DNA from: Methanobacteriota archaeon
GTDB taxonomy: Archaea; Thermoplasmatota; Poseidoniia; MGIII; CG-Epi1
Direction of reading: 5' to 3'
DNA: 64,000 nucleotides
NCBI GenBank assembly: GCA_029977605.1
Contig: JAPOKN010000001.1
Location: 28,064-92,063 of the forward strand
The translations under genes and the position numbers were made by a program. Below are positions 38,615 to 47,525 of this stretch, piece by piece (position 1 is the stretch's first letter; each line of letters begins with the position of its first letter). Below the pieces are notes generated by a model. That model worked only from the letters and a program-made list of their open reading frames with translations. It made no database searches and was not told the DNA's origin.

Positions 38615-39786
38615 TATTTCATAGCCTCCATTAGTTTAGTATGGTTATCATGCACTTTCCCGTCTTCACCAATTAAAATCCCACCATAACCTGCTGAAAT
38701 TCCACCTTCATCTCCGGTGAGAACTTGTTCTTCTTGATTTATAGCTAACTTACCTTCGTCAACTAAAACAGTTACAAAGTTAGTAACGTTATTTGAATAA
38801 AGCATTGATGCAGTATTTGGAACGGTTCTACATAGCATAGGTATTCCTACAATTGTTACTCCATCTTTTTCAATTATTTCCCCTTCTTTACTTCCAACAA
38901 TATTACCACCAGTATCTGTATTCATGTCAACAATTACAGACCCTTCTTTCATTTCTTTAGTCATCTTATCATTGTTTTCTTTATCGAAGAAGAGTTTAGG
39001 TGCATCTGCACCGAATAATCTAGCAGTAGTAATTACAACATCAGCGTCTTTTACAGCATCCATTAAAGCATTATCGAATGCTTCTTGAAGGTCTTTATCA
39101 GTAAAAAGTGAAGCATGTCCACTTGAGCTTTCAGCGTCCTTCCAACCAGGTACGTCAATAAATTTAGCACCCAAACTTTCAGTGTCTTGCTTAGCAGCTA
39201 ATCTAACATCTATAGCTTGCACTGCAGCACCTAATCTTTTTGCAGTTGCTATCGCTTGAAGGCCAGCTACAGCAGCTCCTTGAATTATGAATTTTGCAGG
39301 CCTTACAGTTCCGGCGGAAGTCATCATCATAGGAACCATTTTCGCAATATTTTGAGATCCCATTAAAGCTGCTTTATATCCTGATAAATTATCTTGACTT
39401 GAGTTCACATCCATTGATTGACCTTTCGACAGTCTTCTTGGAATGACTTCCAGTGAGAGAAGAGTAATTCCAGAATCAATTATTTGTTTTGTTTGTTCTA
39501 GATTTCTAAAAGGATCAGCTATGCATGCTAACATTTGACCTTTTTCCATATTCTCAAAATTTGGAACATCAATTGCAGCAATTAATTCACATTTCATTAC
39601 TTCATCAAATGATTTAGTTTTTGCACCTTTTTCTTCGTATTCAGTATCAGAATATCCTGATTTCTCTCCAGCACCCTTTTCAATTACTACTTCAAAACCT
39701 AATTTCATTAATTTAGGTATTGAAACTGGTACAATAGCTACACGAGTTTCTTTCTCGTTGTTCTCTTTTGGTATTCCTATACGCAT
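38614..39786 (-). CDS. pntAA: NAD(P) transhydrogenase alpha-1 subunit
   Basis: IGIPKE...ETRVA, QSMDVNSSQ, MMMTSAGT, AGLQAIATAKRLGA. Confidence 0.93.
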   Translation of the reverse strand: MRIGIPKENNEKETRVAIVPVSIPKLMKLGFEVVIEKGAGEKSGYSDTEYEEKGAKTKSFDEVMKCELIAAIDVPNFENMEKGQMLACIADPFRNLEQTKQIIDSGITLLSLEVIPRRLSKGQSMDVNSSQDNLSGYKAALMGSQNIAKMVPMMMTSAGTVRPAKFIIQGAAVAGLQAIATAKRLGAAVQAIDVRLAAKQDTESLGAKFIDVPGWKDAESSSGHASLFTDKDLQEAFDNALMDAVKDADVVITTARLFGADAPKLFFDKENNDKMTKEMKEGSVIVDMNTDTGGNIVGSKEGEIIEKDGVTIVGIPMLCRTVPNTASMLYSNNVTNFVTVLVDEGKLAINQEEQVLTGDEGGISAGYGGILIGEDGKVHDNHTKLMEAMK

Positions 39787-39864
39787 TGTTTAGCACCGAT
39801 AATTTGTGTGTTGACTAAATAGTCTGTAAAGCATCTTGCAAACATACTCATAAAACTTTTCCTA

Positions 39865-41034
39865 TCACTTTCCAATTTCACGAGCAATTACTAATCGTTG
39901 AACTTCTTGAGTTCCTTCATAAATTTGAGTGATTTTCGCATCGCGGAAAAATCTTTCTACAGGGAAATCCTTTGTGTATCCATATCCGCCTAATACTTGT
40001 ACTGCTCTTTCTGAAACCCACATTGCAGTATCACCTGCACTGAGCTTTGCAATTGAAGCTTCAAGCGTATGGCGTGATGATCCATTTTCGTAATGTTCTT
40101 GTTTAGCCCATGCAGCTTTGTAAACTTGTAATCTTGCAGCATCGATTCTAACAGCCATATCTGCTAGATAATTACTTATCGATTGGTGAGCAGCTATAGG
40201 TTTACCGAAAGTTTCCCGTTCTTTTGAATATTTCAGTGCAGCTTCGTATGCCCCCTGTGCAATACCTAGTGCTTGAGCAGCTATACCTATTCTAGAATTA
40301 TCTAACGCATTCATTGCAATTGGAAAACCTTTACCTACATCTCCAAGTATGTTTGCTTTTGGGACTTTACATTCATTTAGAATTAATGTACATGTATCAC
40401 TTGAACGAATTCCTAATTTGTCTTCTTTCTTTCCAATTTCAAATCCTTCAAACCCTTTTTCAATTATAAAACAAGTCACACCTCCATGACTCTTTTTTCC
40501 GTAATCAGGGTGATTGGTCACTTTAGCAAATAGAACGAAAAGATCTGCAGTTGTTCCGTTAGTAACCCACATTTTTTCACCATTCAAAGTATAGTGTTCA
40601 CCATCATCTGTAGCTCTTGCTACCATTGCAGCAGCATCTGTGCCTGAACCGGCTTCGCTCAAAGAATATGCGCCTAAGAATTCTCCAGAGGCTAATTTTG
40701 GTAAATATTTTTCCTTTTGCTCTTCATTTCCACTCAATGCTATTGTCATAGAACAAAGTCCGACGTGGACGGCTACCATGACTCCTAAAGACGGATCCAC
40801 TCTTGACAATTCTTCGACAACAATTGCCTCTGAAATATCATCTAATTTCTGACCACCGTATTTTTCAGGTATGGTCATTCCTGCAAATCCTAGCTCTGCG
40901 AACTTTTTGAATTCCTCAATAGGTGCAATTTGTTCCTTATCTCTCTTGTTACAAGTAGGCCCAGCAACATCTTCAGCAAATTCACGTACCATTCCGCGAA
41001 TCATTTTTTGGTCTTCGGTTTCTGCAAAATCCAT
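39865..41034 (-). CDS. acyl-CoA dehydrogenase (short/branched-chain type)
   Basis: LSEAGSGTDA, NGEKMWVTNG, RETFGKPI, FRDAKITQIYEGT. Confidence 0.94.
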   Translation of the reverse strand: MDFAETEDQKMIRGMVREFAEDVAGPTCNKRDKEQIAPIEEFKKFAELGFAGMTIPEKYGGQKLDDISEAIVVEELSRVDPSLGVMVAVHVGLCSMTIALSGNEEQKEKYLPKLASGEFLGAYSLSEAGSGTDAAAMVARATDDGEHYTLNGEKMWVTNGTTADLFVLFAKVTNHPDYGKKSHGGVTCFIIEKGFEGFEIGKKEDKLGIRSSDTCTLILNECKVPKANILGDVGKGFPIAMNALDNSRIGIAAQALGIAQGAYEAALKYSKERETFGKPIAAHQSISNYLADMAVRIDAARLQVYKAAWAKQEHYENGSSRHTLEASIAKLSAGDTAMWVSERAVQVLGGYGYTKDFPVERFFRDAKITQIYEGTQEVQRLVIAREIGK

Positions 41035-41037
41035 TTT

Positions 41038-41397
41038 TTACTCACTCATCAATTTGATAATAGCTTCAGCAGGCTCTCCATTACATTCCTCTAAAGCTTC
41101 TTTTGCTTTCTCAGGAGAAACGCCAGCCTGTGCAGCTACTAAATCTATGTCTTCTTGGGGGATATTTGTAGTTTCCTCACTACTGCCTAGAGTGCGTTCT
41201 TCAGGTTCACCTACAATCTGATATGATTGTTGTCCCATCATATTCATTGCACTTACAGAAGGGTTGCTAAAGTACAATTCTTTATCTTTTGTTCGTATAA
41301 TTACTTCAGTAGCATCAATTTCTTCGGTAGCACTTTGTAATTGTTTTTGCAATTTTTTCATCATGCGGGGGTTCATACGCCCCATTCCTGGCATCAT
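41038..41397 (-). CDS. nac: nascent polypeptide-associated complex protein
   Basis: MNPRMMKK, EEIDATEVII, C-terminal UBA-like EDIDLVAAQAGVS.EKAKEAL. Confidence 0.92.
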   Translation of the reverse strand: MMPGMGRMNPRMMKKLQKQLQSATEEIDATEVIIRTKDKELYFSNPSVSAMNMMGQQSYQIVGEPEERTLGSSEETTNIPQEDIDLVAAQAGVSPEKAKEALEECNGEPAEAIIKLMSE

Positions 41398-41428
41398 ATG
41401 ATGCTTACAAGCTACCCTCTAAAAGAAT

Positions 41429-42451
41429 TTATGTCATTTTATATCTAAGAATAACTGCAGTTCCTCCAAGTCCAATCAGCATTTCACCGCCGTGGTGGTG
41501 TGAGGAAACTTCTATGACATCTGTACGATTTTGCTGAGCTAATTCTAATAATTCCAAACCTTCTTTTTCTTTAGTCTTCTCAGATATTAGTAGAATGCTT
41601 TCTGCAGCCCCGCTCTCAACAGCATTTCGAACTTCGTTTTTACCGTAAGTACCCATTTCTTTTGCTATAGCTTCTTTAAGTTTCTCTACTGCAGCCATCT
41701 CTTCTTGAATTTTTATCTGAGCAACTGCGTTAGGTAAATCGCCTCTGCCTATTGCTTCATGAATACCAGCCATCCCTCCTTGACCAGAGTTTTCAATTAC
41801 GCAGCCCTTGAATATCTCACGCGCTCTAGATTTGCCTACTTCAGCAAAATCTTCTTTTAAAAATCCAGGTCCTATTATAACAATTACAGAATCCTTAATG
41901 TGAACTTTTACTATTTGCCTTACAGCTCTTTTGTAAAAATCATTAAGTTCTTCACCGCCGGTGGATTTTCCACTGCCTTCTCGACTAAGTGTTTTCAGTT
42001 CTCTTATGCCATATGTTCTTAATTCAGCAATTACAATCGAATCACTTTCAACAGCAATTGCTGTCGCAGTTACAATTGGTTCAGCGGCCTTTCTTAGTCT
42101 TTTTTTGTGATGATTTAGCCAAACTTCCTTTCTAACATCAAATGAATCGCCAGGTTCTAAGATTAAAGTGTGATGCAGTCCCTGATTATTTTCACCTAAA
42201 GAGATAATCCCATGACACCTAAAGCGTTGCCCAAAAGATTGATATTCAAGGTTCTTAACGTCAATAGTTAGTTTCATCTTTTGTTTTTTGCCCCTCTCCT
42301 TTTTGAGCCTATCAGATTGTGAGGATTCACGTCTTTCAGTTAGAGCTCTAACTTGATCTCCCTCATTAAGTAATAAATTCAAATGATACAAATCATCCTC
42401 ATTTTCTAAACGAATTTGGTAAACGTTACTATCACGTTTATTATATTTCAA
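41429..42451 (-). CDS. pelA: pelota/Dom34 ribosome rescue factor
   Basis: EDDLYHL, GD.V.A.T.R, HHTL, GPGF.K, YG..EV..AVE.GA, LGG.AVILRY. Confidence 0.9.
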   Translation of the reverse strand: MKYNKRDSNVYQIRLENEDDLYHLNLLLNEGDQVRALTERRESSQSDRLKKERGKKQKMKLTIDVKNLEYQSFGQRFRCHGIISLGENNQGLHHTLILEPGDSFDVRKEVWLNHHKKRLRKAAEPIVTATAIAVESDSIVIAELRTYGIRELKTLSREGSGKSTGGEELNDFYKRAVRQIVKVHIKDSVIVIIGPGFLKEDFAEVGKSRAREIFKGCVIENSGQGGMAGIHEAIGRGDLPNAVAQIKIQEEMAAVEKLKEAIAKEMGTYGKNEVRNAVESGAAESILLISEKTKEKEGLELLELAQQNRTDVIEVSSHHHGGEMLIGLGGTAVILRYKMT

Positions 42452-42458
42452 AATAACC

Positions 42459-43409
42459 TCACAAGTAGACTACAATATCTAAATTTTTAGCTAATTCTTT
42501 GTAGCGATTCCTTATTGTTACTTCAGTAACTCCTACAGTATCTGCAATTGTTTTTTGTGTTTTTCTTTGGTCATGTACAACTGAAGCAATGTAAATGGCA
42601 GCAGCTGCAACTCCGGTTGGACCTCTTCCAGATGTTAGTTCAGCAGCAATTGCTTGATTTAGAATGCTTATTGCAGTATTTTCAACATCGCCGGGTAGTT
42701 CTAGTTCTCTACAAAAGCGAATTATGTAAACAGATGGAGATGCAGGCTGTAAATTTAATTTTAATTCTCTAGAAATATATCTGTAAGTTCTTCCAACTTC
42801 CTTTTTAGAAGCTCTAGAAGCTTCTGTAATTTCAGTTAATGTTCTTGGGACTTCACACCTTCTACATGCGCCGTAAAGTGCGGCGGCAGCAACACCTTCA
42901 ACAGACCGCCCTCTTACTAAGTTATCTTGCACAGCTCTCCGGTAAAGCATTGCAGCTTCTTCTCTGACCTGACGATGTAATCCTATTTTTGAAGCCAATC
43001 TGTTAAGTTCATTAAGAGCTTGGGCTAAGTTTCTATCTGCAGAATTTGATGCCCTAGTTCGGTTCTGCCATTTCCTCATTCTGTAAACTTGAGCTCTATT
43101 TTTAGTAGGAACATTATTTCCGTTAATATCTCGTCCACCCCAACCAATATCCGTTGAAAGGCCTTTATCGTGTACCATTACAGACATTGGAGCTCCACCT
43201 CTTGCTCTCCTTTCATTTTGCTCAGAATCGAAGGCTCTCCACTCAGGGCCTTGATCAATTACTTGGTCATCAACAACAAGTCCACAATTCCTACAGGTAA
43301 CTTCACCGCGCTTGTAATCGCGCACAATATGTTCCGAGTCACATTCTGGACATTCAGTCAATTCTTCAACATCAACTTCTTTGACATTTCCGGAAATATT
43401 CATATTCAT
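42459..43409 (-). CDS. tfb: transcription initiation factor IIB
   Basis: CPEC..C..CG zinc ribbon, [31 protein letters not shown]; start 43409 or 43403 more likely than 43487. Confidence 0.97.
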   Translation of the reverse strand: MNMNISGNVKEVDVEELTECPECDSEHIVRDYKRGEVTCRNCGLVVDDQVIDQGPEWRAFDSEQNERRARGGAPMSVMVHDKGLSTDIGWGGRDINGNNVPTKNRAQVYRMRKWQNRTRASNSADRNLAQALNELNRLASKIGLHRQVREEAAMLYRRAVQDNLVRGRSVEGVAAAALYGACRRCEVPRTLTEITEASRASKKEVGRTYRYISRELKLNLQPASPSVYIIRFCRELELPGDVENTAISILNQAIAAELTSGRGPTGVAAAAIYIASVVHDQRKTQKTIADTVGVTEVTIRNRYKELAKNLDIVVYL

Positions 43410-43530
43410 ATTGGAAGAGAATTTTGTCAATATAAGCTTTGGGCCATTGCCTTTAAATTCCCCATTTTGAAAGAAGGTGGAACACAAAATATAGATAACC
43501 TATTTTATGAACCTTGTATCAAGTGAATTG

Positions 43531-44679
43531 ATGCGAAGGGTAAGGGATTCTATTCACGATTACATTGATTTAGATGAATTAGAGTCCTCTTTAGTTGATA
43601 CTGAACCATATCAAAGATTGCGCTGGATAAAGCAATTAGGTTCAGCAAATTTAGTTTACCCTGGAGCAAACCATACCAGACTCGAACATAGTATAGGCGT
43701 TAGCCATCTAGTTAAACAAATGGCTAGCCAATCTGATGTTCCTGAAGATGAAATACCATTAGTTTCAATCGCAGGGTTACTTCATGATTTAGGCCATTCT
43801 CCATACTCGCACTTAGCTGATGAGTTGCCATTTGGTAAAGATCATGTAGAAGTTACTCAGGATATTATTAATTCTAGTCAAATATCAGATATACTAAGCA
43901 ATAAAGGATTAGACGTAAACGAAGTTTGCAATCTAATCAAAGGAGATCACAAGTACGGCTCACTAATTTCTGGAGATATTGATGGCGATCGTCTTGATTA
44001 TCTTATGAGAGATTCACATTATACGGGTGTCAAAACAGGAGTAGACACTGGAAGATTAGTTACAAAGATGTCAATTGCAGATAATGAGCTAGTAATTGGA
44101 GAAAGTGGTTTGCCAGTAGTTGAAACTTTCTTAACTTCTCGTTCAATTATGTTTCCAACGGTCTATTTCCATCCATTTTCACGAGGGGCTGAATTAATGT
44201 TGGCAAGGGCAACTACAGCCGCAATTGATAATGATATTTTTACATATGATTCGTTTGTTGGTTTCACAGATCATAAATTTTTATCGGAGTTAAATTTGGC
44301 AGGCGGATTGTCGCAAAAGTTAGTTAATGATTTTGAAAAAAGGAACATAATAAAGAGGGTAGTTAGTATTACAAAAGATAAAACTGAAGAAATGGGAATT
44401 TCTAAATCAGATGTTGAAGATCTAGAATTATCAATTGCTCAAAAACTTGATATAGATCAATCAGAAATATTTATGGATTTACCGCCTTTTAAAGTAGTAC
44501 CAGCTATGAAAGTTAAAATTCTTAAAGAGGATGGAACTCTAGATTATGCAAGTAATATGTCTACTATAACAAAAAGCCTATACGAAGCTCAGTTTGATCA
44601 TTGGAGGTGTCGGATATATGCACCTTCTAAACTATCTAATCAAGCCTCAAAAATTGCAGGTCGAGAATTAGGAATTTAA
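43531..44679 (+). CDS. HD-domain phosphohydrolase (SAMHD1-like dNTPase family)
   Basis: QRLRWIKQLG, YPGANHTRLEHS, LLHDLGHSPYSH, DRLDYLMRDS. Confidence 0.9.
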   Translation: MRRVRDSIHDYIDLDELESSLVDTEPYQRLRWIKQLGSANLVYPGANHTRLEHSIGVSHLVKQMASQSDVPEDEIPLVSIAGLLHDLGHSPYSHLADELPFGKDHVEVTQDIINSSQISDILSNKGLDVNEVCNLIKGDHKYGSLISGDIDGDRLDYLMRDSHYTGVKTGVDTGRLVTKMSIADNELVIGESGLPVVETFLTSRSIMFPTVYFHPFSRGAELMLARATTAAIDNDIFTYDSFVGFTDHKFLSELNLAGGLSQKLVNDFEKRNIIKRVVSITKDKTEEMGISKSDVEDLELSIAQKLDIDQSEIFMDLPPFKVVPAMKVKILKEDGTLDYASNMSTITKSLYEAQFDHWRCRIYAPSKLSNQASKIAGRELGI

Positions 44680-46260
44680 ATGTCTAAATCAATACAAAAA
44701 TTCATCGAAGGTCTAAATTGGAAAGTAGAAGACAGCAAATGGGATGGCAACGCCCATTTATTTTTCGTTAAAGAACCAGATAATTTGGAAGATAAATTTG
44801 AGGAGTTACGTTTAGCTCTAAAGGTGGCTACTACTTTTGGTGCAGGCCGTCTCTTCCCAATGCTAAGGAGAACAGGAAATGAATTGATTTTAGTTATTCT
44901 TCCTCAACCTTCATTTGATTATTATGAAAGTAGAATTAATTTGTATTTACTGTTAGCAACTTTTTTTACTACTACTTGGGCCGGCGCTATGTGGTGGGCC
45001 TCGTACGATGATTCTTCAATAATTGAGATGAACTGGTGGTGGCTTAGAATACTCATAAGTCCACAAATATTCTTTATGGGATTTCTTACTTTTTCTTTAC
45101 CTTTAATGTTAATTCTTGGCGCTCACGAAATGGGTCATTACTACTATGCTAAGAAGCATAATCTTGATGCTTCCTTACCGTTCTTTTTACCCATGCCTCC
45201 AATGATATTTCCATTTGGAACAATGGGCGCTTTTATTTCAATAAGAGAGCCAATACCAAATCGAAAGGCTCTTCTAGATGTTGGTGCAAGTGGGCCGATT
45301 GCAGGACTTTTAGTCGCTATACCTGTAACTCTTCTCGGTTTTTGGTTGACTGAATTTTATGCGCGAACTGTTCCAGTAGATTCAGGAGATTCGCTATTTT
45401 TAGGGTCATCTTTTTTCTTTGAATTACTTTTTTCGATTTCTGAAAACTTAAATCCTTCATCTGGAGACTATCTATCTCATCCAGTTGTTCTTGCAGGATG
45501 GACAGGATTTTTTGTAACCGCATTGAATTTGATGCCGGCCGGGCAGCTAGACGGTGGTCATATTGCACGTTCATTGCTTGGTCCTAAAGCAAATATTTTA
45601 TCTTTTGTAGTAATAATTTCTTTAATTTTTATGACATTTTATGGTATTCCTGGTTTTGGTCCTCCGTATATGGGATGGGCGATTTATGCACTTTTAATTT
45701 ATTTTTTAGGAACGTACCATCCTCCACCTTCAGAAGAACTATCATCATTAGGTTCTCCTAGAATAGCAGTAGGATTGGTTACGGGTTTAATTTTGTTTAC
45801 AACTTTCACACCTTCACCCATTTTTACAGTAGATTCGCCTTTTTCTTTGGACATTGATTCAGACGAGAATAATTTTTATCAATACTCGGGTGAAACTAAT
45901 GTAACGTCAATTAGAATTTTAAATAGTGGTCAAGAAGACGGATGGGAAAATCTTTCTTTAAGTTTTAACAATAACATAGATAATGCAACTATCTCTATAG
46001 TTGTAGATTTCATTAACCTCTCTTCCGAACCTCAAACTATAAATGAAACATCAGATAATTTTAATCAATATGTTTTCTACGATTCAGAAACTAATTCTAC
46101 GCATTTGAATCTATCATCCGGAGATTCAGCTAATTTGACATTAACAATTACAACCTTAGACAATTCAACATTTGAGGACTCAAGCTTTGTATTAAGCGTA
46201 AAAAGTCGAACAGAAGATGTTTATAGTTCAACCTTTCATTTGTATAATAGAGATAAGTAA
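44680..46260 (+). CDS. site-2 protease (M50) with C-terminal extracellular domain
   Basis: HEMGH, GTMGAFI, SGPIAG, NLMPAGQLDGGH. Confidence 0.9.
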   Translation: MSKSIQKFIEGLNWKVEDSKWDGNAHLFFVKEPDNLEDKFEELRLALKVATTFGAGRLFPMLRRTGNELILVILPQPSFDYYESRINLYLLLATFFTTTWAGAMWWASYDDSSIIEMNWWWLRILISPQIFFMGFLTFSLPLMLILGAHEMGHYYYAKKHNLDASLPFFLPMPPMIFPFGTMGAFISIREPIPNRKALLDVGASGPIAGLLVAIPVTLLGFWLTEFYARTVPVDSGDSLFLGSSFFFELLFSISENLNPSSGDYLSHPVVLAGWTGFFVTALNLMPAGQLDGGHIARSLLGPKANILSFVVIISLIFMTFYGIPGFGPPYMGWAIYALLIYFLGTYHPPPSEELSSLGSPRIAVGLVTGLILFTTFTPSPIFTVDSPFSLDIDSDENNFYQYSGETNVTSIRILNSGQEDGWENLSLSFNNNIDNATISIVVDFINLSSEPQTINETSDNFNQYVFYDSETNSTHLNLSSGDSANLTLTITTLDNSTFEDSSFVLSVKSRTEDVYSSTFHLYNRDK

Positions 46261-46262
46261 TA

Positions 46263-47480
46263 ATGTCAGTTTTCGAAGGTAAAGCATGGATTTCCAAACA
46301 GGGGCTAGTGGATGTTTCTATTGAAGTAGAAAATGGTTATATTTCTTCTGTTAAAAAGACAAGTTTGGAACCAAAAAAAGAGAAAGCAGGGGGTTTAATT
46401 TTACCAGCAGCTTTTGACATGCATGTTCATTTCAGAGATCCAGGCTATCCACATAAGGAAGACTGGAAAACGGGTTCTGAATCTGCGGCTTGTGGTGGAG
46501 TTACCGCAGTTGTAGATATGCCAAATACTAATCCATTTACCTCTGATATATCCTCATTCAGAGATAAAGAACAAATTGCTAAAAGCAAATCAATTGTAGA
46601 TTTTGGAATAGGAATTAATGTTGAAGAAAATTTAACCGAGCAAGACTGGTTTAGTACAGTTCCTGCAGCTTTTTGGAAATTATATCCTTATGGTATCTCT
46701 TCAGATGATTATTTTAGATTAGCTAAGGAAGTTTTAGAAAAAACAAAAAAGCCAATGGTGGTGCACTGTGAACATCCAGATTATATGTACAATAATCCGC
46801 TTGAAAAATTATCAGATCACACTGAAAACCGTCTGGTTGCTGAAGAGCAATGTCTTGCATCAATGCCTTCGTCTGAATATTTGCATGTCGCACATCTTTC
46901 AACTGCCAATGGATTGAAAAATCTTCCAAATCTATCCTCAACAGAGGTTTGTCCACATCACTTATTATTAAATTTAGATAATTGCAGTTCATTAGATTGT
47001 AAGGTAGATCCTCCTTTGCGTAATGTTTCTGACAATATTAGTCTTTATGACGCTTACAGAAGTGGCAAAATACCTATTTTAGCAAGTGATCATGCCCCAC
47101 ATACAATTGAAGAAAAGAAATCAGATACTCCGCCTTCTGGTATGCCTGGAGTAGAAACTATGGTGCCTTTAATGTTACAAGAAGTTGTTGAAAAAAGGTT
47201 AGACTTGAGCCGGTTGGTAAATAGTATGTCTGAAGCGCCAGCAGACCGTCTTGGTCTTAATAGAGGACGTATCGAAGTTGGGCAACCTGCAGATTTTATG
47301 TTCGTTGACCTCAATCGTTCTACAAATATTGACGTTGATAACTTACATTCAAGATCAAACTGGTCTCCGTTTGAAGACTGGCAAGCAATATTCCCTCACA
47401 AAGTATTTAGGAGGGGAGAATTAATTTCTGAAAATTCAGAAGTAGTTTCTAACAGCGGAGGAATAAATCTTTTTGACTAG
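46263..47480 (+). CDS. pyrC: dihydroorotase
   Basis: DMHVHFRDPG, DMPNT, TEVCPHHL, KVDPPLR, SDHAPH. Confidence 0.88.
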   Translation: MSVFEGKAWISKQGLVDVSIEVENGYISSVKKTSLEPKKEKAGGLILPAAFDMHVHFRDPGYPHKEDWKTGSESAACGGVTAVVDMPNTNPFTSDISSFRDKEQIAKSKSIVDFGIGINVEENLTEQDWFSTVPAAFWKLYPYGISSDDYFRLAKEVLEKTKKPMVVHCEHPDYMYNNPLEKLSDHTENRLVAEEQCLASMPSSEYLHVAHLSTANGLKNLPNLSSTEVCPHHLLLNLDNCSSLDCKVDPPLRNVSDNISLYDAYRSGKIPILASDHAPHTIEEKKSDTPPSGMPGVETMVPLMLQEVVEKRLDLSRLVNSMSEAPADRLGLNRGRIEVGQPADFMFVDLNRSTNIDVDNLHSRSNWSPFEDWQAIFPHKVFRRGELISENSEVVSNSGGINLFD

Positions 47481-47497
47481 TATTTTTCTAACGAAAC

Positions 47498-47505
47498 TTT
47501 AATAC
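47498..47505 (+). promoter_or_regulatory. TATA-like box (TTTAATAC)
   Basis: 28 nt before ATG 47526. Confidence 0.5.
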
Positions 47506-47525
47506 TGTCAAGATTTTAATTAGAT

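Noticed and set aside
43507-44679. HD dNTPase plus dCMP deaminase as an antiviral nucleotide-depletion system
   Set aside because: The genes are 10 kb apart in housekeeping contexts and both look like ordinary stand-alone family members.
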